From assembly GCA_963714275.1 (NCBI GenBank), contig CAVQNT010000003.1, positions 88,568 through 152,567 of the forward strand: a DNA stretch of 64,000 nucleotides. Reading direction: 5' to 3'. The stretch comes from Candidatus Bathyarchaeota archaeon (GTDB lineage Archaea; Thermoproteota; Bathyarchaeia; Bathyarchaeales; DTEX01). The notes beneath the pieces are model-generated. The model did not search any database and had not been told where the DNA came from. It saw only the letters and a program-made list of their open reading frames with translations. A program made the position numbers and the translations under genes. Below, one piece after another: positions 48,753 to 58,914 of the stretch (its first letter is position 1; each line of letters opens with the position of its first letter).

Positions 48753-49856
48753 TTGAGGTCTCGAGCGAATCTAAAGTTCCGTCACAAGTTCATTGACAGG
48801 CACACGATTGTTTCCGGGAACTCTGTTTGTTTGGTCGCCGATTTCAACGGCGATGGCTTCAACGATGTGGTCGTAGGTAGCTACGCGAACCCTCCGACCG
48901 AGGAGGGGTATTTGGTTCTGTACGAGTATCCGAAATGGACGAAACGTTACATTGCTAGGGCAAATTTGGAGGCAGGCAGCGCTGTTATGGATTTGAATAA
49001 TGATGGACGATTAGACATTGTTGCGGGACAGCCATATTACGGTCATGAGCTTTACTGGTTTGAGAATCCTTCTGACCCAACTGAAGTTTGGACACGGCGC
49101 GTGATTGACAACAGCCTCCATAAATACCACGATCAGGCAGTCGGAGACGTAGACAACGACGGAGAAGACGAGATTCTTGTTCCCTCGCAGCTGGCAAAGG
49201 TTCTGGTCTACTACGATGTTCCCTCTGACCCAACGGTTTCTCCTTGGCCTAAGGAGTGCCGCCACCTCATCTGTGGCAACATAAGCATTGAGGGCTTAGC
49301 CGTCGCCGACCTTGACGGAGACGGACTGAACGAAGTTGTAGCGGGACCAAACATTTTCAAGCCGCCAAAAACGCAGAAAGGGAAATGGTCACGCACAATC
49401 CTGAAAGAGTTTCACGCACGAACCTACGCAGGTTTCGTGTTTTCTGAAACTAGGGTTCAGGCAGCTGACGTGAACGGAGACGGCGTCCTCGACCTAGTGA
49501 TGACTGAGGCTGAAAGCGACATCGGAAGGCTAGTTTGGTTCGAGAGTCCAGACTGGAAGATGCATGTTATAGCCGATAATTTGTTTCATCCTCACAGTCT
49601 CGCAGCGGCAGACTTCAACAAGGACGGACGCGTGGACATTTTCGTTGGCGAGATGGGTCTTGGAAGGCGCGAGAATCCTAGGTTGCTGATTTATCTCAAC
49701 AATGGCGATGGCTCATTTACTGAGCACCTTGTCTCTAAAGGAATTCCGACTCACGAAGCGAAGGTGGCAGACTTCGGGAAAAAGGGAAAACTGAGCATCG
49801 TAGGCAAGCCCTACATGCCGCTGACGCAGGTGGACCTCTGGGAAAATGTTTCGTAG
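48753..49856 (+). CDS. FG-GAP/VCBS repeat beta-propeller protein
   Basis: Six or more repeats: ADFNGDGFNDVVVG, MDLNNDGRLDIVAG, GDVDNDGEDEILV, ADLDGDGLNEVVAG, ADVNGDGVLDLVM, ADFNKDGRVDIFVG. Confidence 0.8.
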   Translation: MRSRANLKFRHKFIDRHTIVSGNSVCLVADFNGDGFNDVVVGSYANPPTEEGYLVLYEYPKWTKRYIARANLEAGSAVMDLNNDGRLDIVAGQPYYGHELYWFENPSDPTEVWTRRVIDNSLHKYHDQAVGDVDNDGEDEILVPSQLAKVLVYYDVPSDPTVSPWPKECRHLICGNISIEGLAVADLDGDGLNEVVAGPNIFKPPKTQKGKWSRTILKEFHARTYAGFVFSETRVQAADVNGDGVLDLVMTEAESDIGRLVWFESPDWKMHVIADNLFHPHSLAAADFNKDGRVDIFVGEMGLGRRENPRLLIYLNNGDGSFTEHLVSKGIPTHEAKVADFGKKGKLSIVGKPYMPLTQVDLWENVS

Positions 49857-49925
49857 CACGGAAAACCGTAGAGAGACCTGATTGGAAAAGAATAATAGAA
49901 TCATACATTTTTATTAAACAAACAC

Positions 49926-50064
49926 GCGGGGGTCGCAGAGCTAGGTCAACCCTTTCAAAAAAAGGACCATATGCGCGGAGCAACAGGGCAAAACCCCCAT
50001 GCACGCAGGACTCAAGATCCCGTCCCGAAGGGGTTCGTGGGTTCAAATCCCATCCCCCGCACCA
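49926..50064 (+). tRNA. tRNA-Leu (anticodon CAA at 50013-50015) with two non-canonical introns (about 49950-49970 in the D-loop and 49979-50008 in the anticodon stem) and an encoded CCA
   Basis: Removing the 21-nt and 30-nt inserts gives an 88-nt class II tRNA: GCGGGGG TC GCA GAGCTAGGTCAAA TGC G CGGGA CTCAAGA TCCCG TCCCGAAGGGGTTC GTGGG TTCAAAT CCCAT CCCCCGC A CCA. The acceptor, anticodon and T stems are fully paired, and the long variable arm is typical of Leu. Without the second excision the anticodon stem has an A-C mismatch and the D-stem cannot close. Confidence 0.8.
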
Positions 50065-50118
50065 TTCAATGACCTTTGTATGGTTTTTTACAGAATTTTC
50101 TGATGTGAACGCGAAAAA

Positions 50119-50579
50119 TTATTTGGGAAAAACGAGTTCGAAGTTTTCACAGATCACCAGAAGACCTTCTTTCATCGCAAATCCGAGTTTCTGACCTTTT
50201 CGGGTCCAGTATTTCCAGTGTTCTCTCCTCCGAGATTCTAGGGTGCGGTCGTCTTCGCCCTCGGATTAGGCAAACACTTCTTTAACTTCGTTGAATGGTT
50301 TGACCTCAATGGCTGTGGTACGGAGGACTGCAGCGGGTTTTTCTTTGCCGTCAAGAATAACGTTGCGGTCCCCGACCTTAGGCATTTCCCCTCCTTCTCT
50401 CTCCAGCTCAATAACCAGCGTCGCCGTTCCTGTCTTCTTTCCTGTTAACACCAACCTCAACAGTTCATCAGCCAGTTCAGGACCGTCCCCGAAAGACCAA
50501 GCGTCAACGAAGGACCCTTAACCCCAGTTTCTTTCTGAAAACAGTCCCAGTAATCCACGACCTCTTTTAGAAACTTCAT
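50119..50579 (-). pseudogene. ASCH-domain protein, disrupted (one frameshift near 50510 and an in-frame TAA at 50266-50268)
   Basis: MKFLKEVVDYWDCFQKETGVKGP / FVDAWSFGDGPELADELLRLVLTGKKTGTATLV...VKPFNEVKEVFA * SEGEDDRTLESRRREHWKYW...ENFELVFPK. Confidence 0.6.
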
Positions 50580-50631
50580 TCAGACACCTTATCACACAAA
50601 ACAAACCAAGACATGAAAAACTTACTTTCAA

Positions 50632-50925
50632 TTAAATATAATGTTTATGCGAACTAGCTGAGCTAACCTCGCTCTCTTCCGCAACCATCGCATCAAGCAA
50701 GGCGTTCCTGTACATCTGTTCCAGAGTCAGCGGTGGAGACGGAGTCGGAAAGACGATGCGGAGACCTTCAGACAACCCTAATCCGAGGATGAAACTAGCC
50801 ATGAAAAGCAAAAGAATTGCTACATAGCCTTTATGTACCTTTATGGTAAATGCATCTCCAATTCCCTTTTTCTTATCATCAAATAAATAAATATAACATA
50901 AATTGAGCCAACAAATGGTTCGCAA
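50632..50925 (-). CDS. Small hypothetical membrane protein
   Basis: A 97-aa ORF with TTG start and one hydrophobic helix, YVAILLLFMASFILGLGL. There is no other support. Confidence 0.25.
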   Translation of the reverse strand: MRTICWLNLCYIYLFDDKKKGIGDAFTIKVHKGYVAILLLFMASFILGLGLSEGLRIVFPTPSPPLTLEQMYRNALLDAMVAEESEVSSASSHKHYI

Positions 50926-50996
50926 TAAAAAAATTGACCATTTATGCGTCAGAACTCATCATGCCGAGGTCAAGGCTTTTCCCAATGATGGCTAGT

Positions 50997-53900
50997 TCAT
51001 GCTTGTTGGACACGGATGGTTCTTATTTCGAACGGTCTGAGCGTAAGCCTTATTTTATTTGCTTGAGGCTCAAGGGTTTGTAGCTTTTTCTCCGTCAAGT
51101 CAACTTCTTCGGCTTCTCGAACATTGAATCCAAAGGTTAGTTCCGCCTCTACCCCAGAACCTGTGGCGTCGTAGATTCTGACGATGCAATTTTCTGAGTC
51201 TTCTGCTGAGCTTGACGCAGGACACGACCACATTGTCAGGCTTAACTTGCAGAAAACTGGTTTCCTCAGACGCACACTCTTTCGATACCAATCGATCCAC
51301 GATAACGAAGGCTTTAAGCGGATGATTAACCTCGTAGCCTTTCCTGAAGGTTAAGGCTTCCTTCCAGCTGTTTCTGTGCGGATAAACAGAATACTTTATT
51401 TCGTGAACCTTTAGGTCTGGTCTGGGGTCAGGATTGTAACTGGTTCTGACAAGCGTCATTCTAACCGTGTTGCCTTTAACGTCGAACCCGTACTTAGAAT
51501 CATTCAAAAGGCTGAACCCGTATTCCTCGTCTGAAACGTCGACCCACCTAAGCGCAGGAACCTCCGTGCCATCAGCTGGTCTTTCAATGTACCCGAACGG
51601 AACCTCAAACGATGCTTTAGAATATCCCAAGATTGGAGTGAAAGAAACCTTCAACATGGGTGCCTCGGTTTTTTCGTCGGAAACTTCTTTCCAGTCTACG
51701 ATTGTTTTAAAGTCTAATCTTGGAACGCCTTTACATAAAGAAATGTACTGAACAATCTCGGACCCTCTGAACCTGTGGGTCACTTTAACCGTTGCCCTTA
51801 CGGGTCCAGTCTCGATAGGCTCGGTTTTCGCGCCTCTTATGAGATTCTCCGAACGGCTGATTTCGCCTATGATCCAAGCCGACATATTGTGAGGAAGCTC
51901 GTACAAAACCTGCAGGAGATTACTGAAAACAGGTCTCGTGTATAGATACCTATTTTTTTGGACAACGAACCGTCCAGCAGACTTGTCGTAAAGCGATTTA
52001 ACTGTGCCAGATTCCTTCTCGATTTCAACCCTGAAAAACTCGTTCTCAAGTACGTTATCGCTTTCAGTAAGATTTGTCGAACCTTCTACGCTGCCTTCTC
52101 CCTCAACGAGATAGAAGGTTTTGTAACCCATAGAAGGCACCTTAGCCAAAAAAAGAACTTCGTCGCCATTCACCTGCACAAAATTTTTTTCTCCACCCTC
52201 GGTTGAAACAGCAATTGGGTTCTGCGGAATCAAATTTTTGGGAACTTTAGCTTGAACAACTTCAGCACGGTCCCACGACAAAGGGTTGAAAACAACTATC
52301 GGCACTCCCGATTTAGAAAATTTTATTTTCTCTATAAAGACTTTTAAAAGATGCTATTAGAGTTTCATCTGCAATCTTTAAGGCTTCTTCAGCCAGCTCA
52401 AAAGGATATTCGTATGCTTCTGGGGTTCCACTTCCATCCAGTATATCGTGGAACTGGTTAAAGAGGGCATTCGACCAAGCCTTGCGAAGGGCGTCTCTGG
52501 GATAATTGCCTGAGAAAACAGCGAACTTTTCGGCGTCCACAAGCAGACTTTCACAAAGCCGATTGTAGCGTTTTATGTCGCCGTGCGTAGTGTAACATCC
52601 GTCAAGGGTGAACTGAAGCTCATCCCTGACCACAGGAGCCTTTTTTACACCAGGGTCCTTTTCGAACTCTTCATAAAACCTGTGGGTTGAACTGAAGATG
52701 AGTCAGGGAAAACCTGTTTTTTCTGGAGCTCGAAAGCGGCTTCGAGGTCATCAACCGTTGCTCCTCCACCATGGTTGCCTACCCCGTAAACAAACATGCT
52801 TGTCTTCACCCCGTAATGCTTTACGAGGTAGAGAACCAGCTCCATAATGTTCCTCGGTGTCACAGTGTTGTTGTACAGGCTTGCGAAAACCAGAACTTTC
52901 GACCCGTCGGGTGATTCCCACCAGAAGACAGGTCCTTTGCTACATCTCGTTAGATAGTAGTATCTGCACCTCGACTTCCTCAAAAGTTGCGGCATAGTCG
53001 AGATGTGACCAAAAGTGTCAGGTTCCCAGCATACTTTAGGCTCGAACCCGAACGCTTGCTTAATGTAGCGGTTGGCTTCTAGAAACTGCCTAACCAACGC
53101 TTCGTTTCCGCCCATGTTTAAGTCAGCTTCGACCCACGTGGAAGCGGTGATGTCCCAGTTCCCCCTTTTCACGTGCCTTTTTATCGAGTCAAAGAGGTCT
53201 GGAAACTTTTCCTCAACAACCTTGTACGTGAAGGCTTGACTTTGCGAGAAGTGGAAATCGGGATACTTGTCTAACAATTTAACCATCGTGCCAAAAGTGT
53301 CTTTTATGATGTCCACGGTGTCGGTCCAAGGCCACAACCAATTCATGTCAATGTGTGCGTGACCCACAAGAAAAACCCTGAACTCCTTAGCTTTTCTGGA
53401 AAGAACGGATAACTTGGCTCGTGCTATTTCAATTTCGTCAATTAGCACCGAAGGATGCTTCTCTAAAACCTTCACGTTGAATTCTTTGGACACGTTATCG
53501 GTGATTTTCTTGTCCAGAACAGTTGCGAACCTGAGTTCCTGGATGAACGATTCAAGTTCAAACGCCACTTTTTCAACATTACTGTAAGTTATGCCAAAAC
53601 TAGGTATTCCCACAGGCTCAAACCTAGGAAAGACGTGAACTGCAACGACATATTCCTTTTGGGACTTAGTCTCCTCATCAAGAACTATTCTGGGTCCACG
53701 GAGCTCAGTCCAGTAATCAGCGCCCAAAACCTTCTCAGAATTCACAAAAATCTCTATTTTGTTCATTATGATGCCAGACGGCATCTTTACGGTTGAACCG
53801 GAGACATCTATGCCCAAAATCTCTTTGGGAACCAAAATTCTGGTCCTAAGCCAAGCCCCGCCTTTCCTTGCATCAACGGTCAGGGGGAGCTTAACTTGTT

Positions 53901-54054
53901 CCCAAGCAGAATCGTTAAAATCAGATTTATAGGCGTCTGGAGATTCTCCTTGATAGAACCTCCAAGAAAGGCTTTCGCGGTATCTTGTCAACTCTGTATG
54001 TTTTTCTAGAAGCTTTTGTAATAGAGGCGAGAAGTCATAGTTTTGGTTGTGCAT
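50997..54054 (-). CDS. GH38 alpha-mannosidase, interrupted by at least three frameshifts (near 52640, 52305 and 51275)
   Basis: The N-terminal piece is VFLVGHAHIDMNWLWPW...EPDTFGH (GH38 catalytic domain). The middle piece is DGCYTTHGDIKRYNR...FHDILDGSG. The C-terminal beta domains lie in the 51100-52305 and 50997-51275 frames. Confidence 0.8.
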
Positions 54055-54261
54055 AAATGTGAAAAAGAGAAATGCATTTATATAATTTACTTTTGGCTCC
54101 AGACATGAGTGTTCGCTAAACCTGTTGGTGACAATGAGGAGCCATTTTGTATATGATGAGAAAATTACCTAGTAGAAACCCCGCTTTGAAGTACTATGCT
54201 TAACACCAAGCGAAAAGTTTAGGGCATAGAAAAAGAGAAACGATGATCAGCTAATCCTCTT

Positions 54262-56287
54262 TTAGCACATTATGTCATAGAGAACGTGCCCTTCGCTTTG
54301 AGCGGGCGCAGGAAAGTCAAGCAAATAGGCTAACGTTGGCGCCACATCCACAAGCCATATGGGTTCAGTCCGCAAGTAGCCCTTTTTTACGCCAGGACCA
54401 GATATTACGAATATCGCTTCATTCGAGCATCCTCCCAGTTTCGCAGTAGGCAAGAATCCCGAATGATTGCCTCGTCCAGGTCTTGAGGATATCATCATTT
54501 TTTTCTCTTCATCGGTGTATCGCATTTTTTCAGGCAAAGGAACAGGTCCTGGGTCTCCTGTGTATCCTGGTTTATAGAAATACAGCATGTCTGAAGCTCT
54601 TTCTCCCCAATGACCCAGCATTTTTGCGTCCTCCTTCCGTAAAGCAAGAGCGATGGGGCATCTTCCAGTCTCGGGGTCTTTTAGTCCATAAAGTAGGCTG
54701 AGGGTTTGGTCAATGACATCGTCATAGTCTTGTCCCGGATCAACAATTCCCTGGGGGTCTCGACCCTTCAAATTTACCCAAATATATTCCATTGGGAACC
54801 CAGGTCGGATGTAAGCCTTCGTTCTAGACCAATCTATCTTTGAATACCCAGTTTCCTTGTCAGTCTTTATTGTCAATAATCTAGCTAACTGCAACACTCC
54901 GTTCACTGAAATGGATTTTCTTATTGGTACCGCAGCGTGGTCTGATATTACGATGGTTAGCATGTCTTCGCTCCAGCATTCCTTAACCATTTTTCCAACC
55001 TGCTCGTCCATGTGCTCGTACATCTTCCTGATGATTCCCCAGTGAGCCTTCTCTATCTTGGGGTCATAGCCAGGAGCAGAAGGATTAATGCCATCAAAGC
55101 CAATCTGATGGCCTATTTCGTCCTGTAAATGAAGCAAAGAAAACAGTCCGTCCCAACTGTACTTTTTTTTCAGGTAACGGGCTACGTTGACAAAATAGTT
55201 CAGTTGATGCGACGTGCATTCAAAGTAAATGTCTAAGAGCTTAGGTTTCTCTACGCGAATCGGGTGCCTGTAACCCATGTACGTTTCAAAACCGCCAGCG
55301 TAAATGCCAACATTTTCTACGATTTCTTGGGCCAAATTCGGAGGATAGGTCCATCCGTCCGTCTTGTAGGGGATGGTTCGGAAAATTTCGATTTTGTCGC
55401 CTTTGGGCGATAGCTCGTTCAGTCTAAACTTGAACCCTACCTTAAATCTTTGACTGTCGCTGACAACTTTGTCGTATGTCCAATCGCTCCACTCTTTCAC
55501 TCTAAGATTGGCTATTGAGGTCGCAATGTTTTTTTCACGGCAAACGTAAACTTTGTCGTATCCTTCATTTTTAGAGTCAATTATCAATAAATGATAAGTT
55601 GGGTCCCAAATTGGGTCGCTCTTTTCTTCTTCAGTTTTCCCGTAATGTAACTGTTCCCATTCGCTTTGCCACACGTCTGATGCAAGTTTGCTGCTCGTAA
55701 AATTACTTGGAATCTTGGATTCTAAAGGTTGAGAAAACGATTTTGGAAGGTTTTCCCATCCCTCTGCTTTTTTCAACGAAATCTGGAATTCAAATATGTC
55801 CTGTGTTTCCTTTGAACTGGGAGATTCAGTGATAAAATTCACGGGTACTCCTTTGTTCCACTTAGGCGCACAGCCTGAAGGTGATGGACCACCAACCAAC
55901 ATTCCATTTTTGAAAGTAGGTGGCCACGAGCATAAGTAATTCATAACTAAACATTTCTTTCCCGCCTTTTCCGCTGCATCCCAAAGGAACTCGGCTTTAC
56001 AGAGTCTTTGTTGAGTCTAAACCCACAGTTGACCGCCCAACATCCAATGGGTCGCCTGGAAGATGAATCGTAAAACTTGTTATGCCATGGGTACCAGGCC
56101 AAGCACCCGTAACTATTGTAACCCAATTAGTGGGAGAGTCGACGGGAGGAGCTGGAAGCGCTCGGGAGTATGTCCCCTTTTTGATTAATCGTGCAATATT
56201 GGGCATGTGTCCTTCATGCAGAAATCGGTTAAAATGCTCAGGCATTGCGCCATCAAACCCAAGAATCATGAACTTCTTGGCTTTCAT
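54262..56287 (-). CDS. Alkaline-phosphatase-superfamily protein (type I phosphodiesterase/nucleotide pyrophosphatase-like), one frameshift near 55950-56000
   Basis: N-terminus FMILGFDGAMPEHFNRFLHEGHMPNIARL...PPVDSPTNWVTIVTGAWPGTHGI. The downstream piece has VISDHAAVP and GNHSGF. The ATG at 56287 is the likely start. Confidence 0.7.
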
Positions 56288-56690
56288 AACTCTGTAATAA
56301 TAGGTTTCCAATATAAAAGTTACAATGAAGTACACGCAATAATAAAATTTAAACCCAAATTCGAGAATCCTTTTCTTAATTTGATGTGTATTAGAGGATT
56401 TCAATAAAATGTTCAACTATAAGAAAAATTGTATGTTGTTCATTAAAAGAATGGTCGATTCAGTAAGTGTCGCATGAATTTTTCTTCTTTGAAATGAGAA
56501 ATCGTATATCTTCTGTTGCTGTAATGGTAGGACAATGGGTAATATAACTCGGTTATAATTATAACATATTTAAGCGACTATGATAGTCGTAAAATTAAAA
56601 AAATTATAACAGTGTATGGTAAGAGTTAAAATTCTGAAAAGAAGTTAAAATACCGTAAAGTTAAAACATAGACAAATATACATAAAAAAT

Positions 56691-58763
56691 ATGGAAAGAA
56701 AAGAGGTAATCATGATGGCAAATGAAAAAAGTGAAACAAAACCAGTAACATTGAGAGCGATAATAGTTGCTGTACTCATGTTCGCTATCTTTCTACCAAT
56801 CTCCGAAATTTTGCTCCTTTACAACAGGAACCCATCAACATACTACGGTTTTCCATTAACATTCTTCTGGCTTACAATGATGTTCTACGCTTTAGGCAAA
56901 GTAAGTAACAAGCTTAGACTAAGCGTATCAGAATATGCGTTTGTCTTTGTGGTCGTTAACATTCTAGCAGGCGCTAGAGGAATGAGTATGTGGGCTCAAA
57001 CAGAGAACTTCCTTAGATTCTCAGACGAAGCTGCTTCTATTCTGATTACAGGACTATTCAATACACCCAGCCTATACAATTCTTTGGTTCCGGAAATACT
57101 CTTCCCCGCTGCTCAAAGAGCAGACGTAGTAAACATGGTGATGTTGGGAATTAGTCCAGGACAAATCTTTCCTTGGGCAGCCTTAGCTGTACCTGTGGCA
57201 ATGTACTCGATTTTCACATTCCTCATAATGTCTATTTCTGCGTTCATATCCTTCGCTATACTGAGCCCAGTATGGACTGACATTGAAAAACTGCCCTTCC
57301 CTATCCATGCGCTTTCAGCCATAGAATTTGCTAGAGACGGCATAGAAAAAAGAAGAATCTTTAACCTAAAAGAAGGAGACAGAAAAGTCTTCTGGATATT
57401 CTTCCTGATTGGTGCTTTAGCATCTCTGACGCCAGTATTGCTTGAATTAGTTCCCACGTTGCCTCTACTGAACGCCTTTAACTTCGGAGAAACCCGTGTA
57501 CCAATACTTTCGTCAATATCGTCTGTTCTACCTGGATGGATAGGATACGGATGGTGGGTTTTCCCACAGTTCTTCATAGGCCTAGTTGTCTCTAACGAAG
57601 CACTCATTTCCGCTATAGTAGCATATCTTGTTCATTGCATCTACAACGTCATAGCCGTTCAAGCAGGATGGTACCAGTACTACGTACCTGGATCAGAGGT
57701 AACTGGCGGATACTGGGACTTACCTTCAGGACAATCTCCATTCCCACTACGATACATGATCATGCCAGGCGGTTTCGTCGGTGTAGGCATCATACTCTTC
57801 TGGGCAGCCAGGCACAGAATCAAAAAAGTTGTCAACGCCTTACTTGGAAAAGAAAACGTTGTAGAAGCGGGTCTATCATTACGTTTCGTGAGTTACATCG
57901 GAGTCGCCAGCATTGTCCTATTTCTGGGACTGTTCGCTGTCGTCGGAGTTCCATTTATAATTGGTCTAATGTGGCTAGTGATGTGGATTTGCTTCTATAC
58001 TGCTGCTGCAAGAGCTGCCGCTGTGTACGGTGGCGCAGGTGGAGCTTTGAATTATGGCGACTGGAAAGTGATGTATCCGGTAGGTTCAAGTCTGGGTTAT
58101 TGGCCAGCCGACCCGCCCGGTAACCAAGCATATTTTGTTACAAGAGCTGTTACATATGGATTCGCAGACACAATGGCCAGAGGCGGAGGAATGTACGACA
58201 TGGTTGCGCTGACAGCGTTATGCCATATCGAAAAGTCCTTCAACGTTAATATGAAGCACGTTTACATCGCGGTTCTAGTGGTAGCTGGACTCGGAACACC
58301 TCTAATGTACCTTTCAGGTTATTGGTTCACAGTACACACTGGCGGACTTTATTCAGTAAATTCCATGCCATACTACGACATGATGATGGACTACCAAGGC
58401 GTAATGGTCGCTTACTTCACTGCAGGCGGAAACTTCTTCCTTGAATCAGCATGGTTCGTCACAGGAATCGGGATATCGGTGGGCATTTATGCATTAAAAA
58501 TGTTTGTGCCCATACTTCCAATAGACCCTACTATACTCACAATACTCTTGTGGAATCCTGAGTGGTTCTGGATGACGGCAATTGCTTCGCTGGTAGTAAA
58601 ATTCGTCGCAATAAGAATCGTCGGACAAAAGACCTTCATGGAATACGCAAAAGCAGTCGTTGTAGGATCGATGGCTGGATTCGGAGCGATATTCACACTG
58701 TTGGCTCTTTCCCAATTGGGATTAGTAGCAATACCAAGATTCCTAAGCCTATACACTCCATAG
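56691..58763 (+). CDS. Large polytopic membrane protein of unknown function (possibly DUF6785-like; the name is from memory and unverified)
   Basis: 690 aa, more than 14 hydrophobic helices, and a conserved DIEKLPFPIHA block. It is a paralogue of the partial ORF starting at 63415. Confidence 0.6.
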   Translation: MERKEVIMMANEKSETKPVTLRAIIVAVLMFAIFLPISEILLLYNRNPSTYYGFPLTFFWLTMMFYALGKVSNKLRLSVSEYAFVFVVVNILAGARGMSMWAQTENFLRFSDEAASILITGLFNTPSLYNSLVPEILFPAAQRADVVNMVMLGISPGQIFPWAALAVPVAMYSIFTFLIMSISAFISFAILSPVWTDIEKLPFPIHALSAIEFARDGIEKRRIFNLKEGDRKVFWIFFLIGALASLTPVLLELVPTLPLLNAFNFGETRVPILSSISSVLPGWIGYGWWVFPQFFIGLVVSNEALISAIVAYLVHCIYNVIAVQAGWYQYYVPGSEVTGGYWDLPSGQSPFPLRYMIMPGGFVGVGIILFWAARHRIKKVVNALLGKENVVEAGLSLRFVSYIGVASIVLFLGLFAVVGVPFIIGLMWLVMWICFYTAAARAAAVYGGAGGALNYGDWKVMYPVGSSLGYWPADPPGNQAYFVTRAVTYGFADTMARGGGMYDMVALTALCHIEKSFNVNMKHVYIAVLVVAGLGTPLMYLSGYWFTVHTGGLYSVNSMPYYDMMMDYQGVMVAYFTAGGNFFLESAWFVTGIGISVGIYALKMFVPILPIDPTILTILLWNPEWFWMTAIASLVVKFVAIRIVGQKTFMEYAKAVVVGSMAGFGAIFTLLALSQLGLVAIPRFLSLYTP

Positions 58764-58914
58764 AGTATCCCTTTTATCTGTGGAGTGTAACCTTCTATTT
58801 TGTTTATTATCTATCATGATTATGAAAAAGTTTCTACGAAAATCGAGTGTGGAATGAAATTTGCGAGGTAAACTCCTTAACCCTCATGAAAGCAAATTTG
58901 CCACAAAAATCTTA

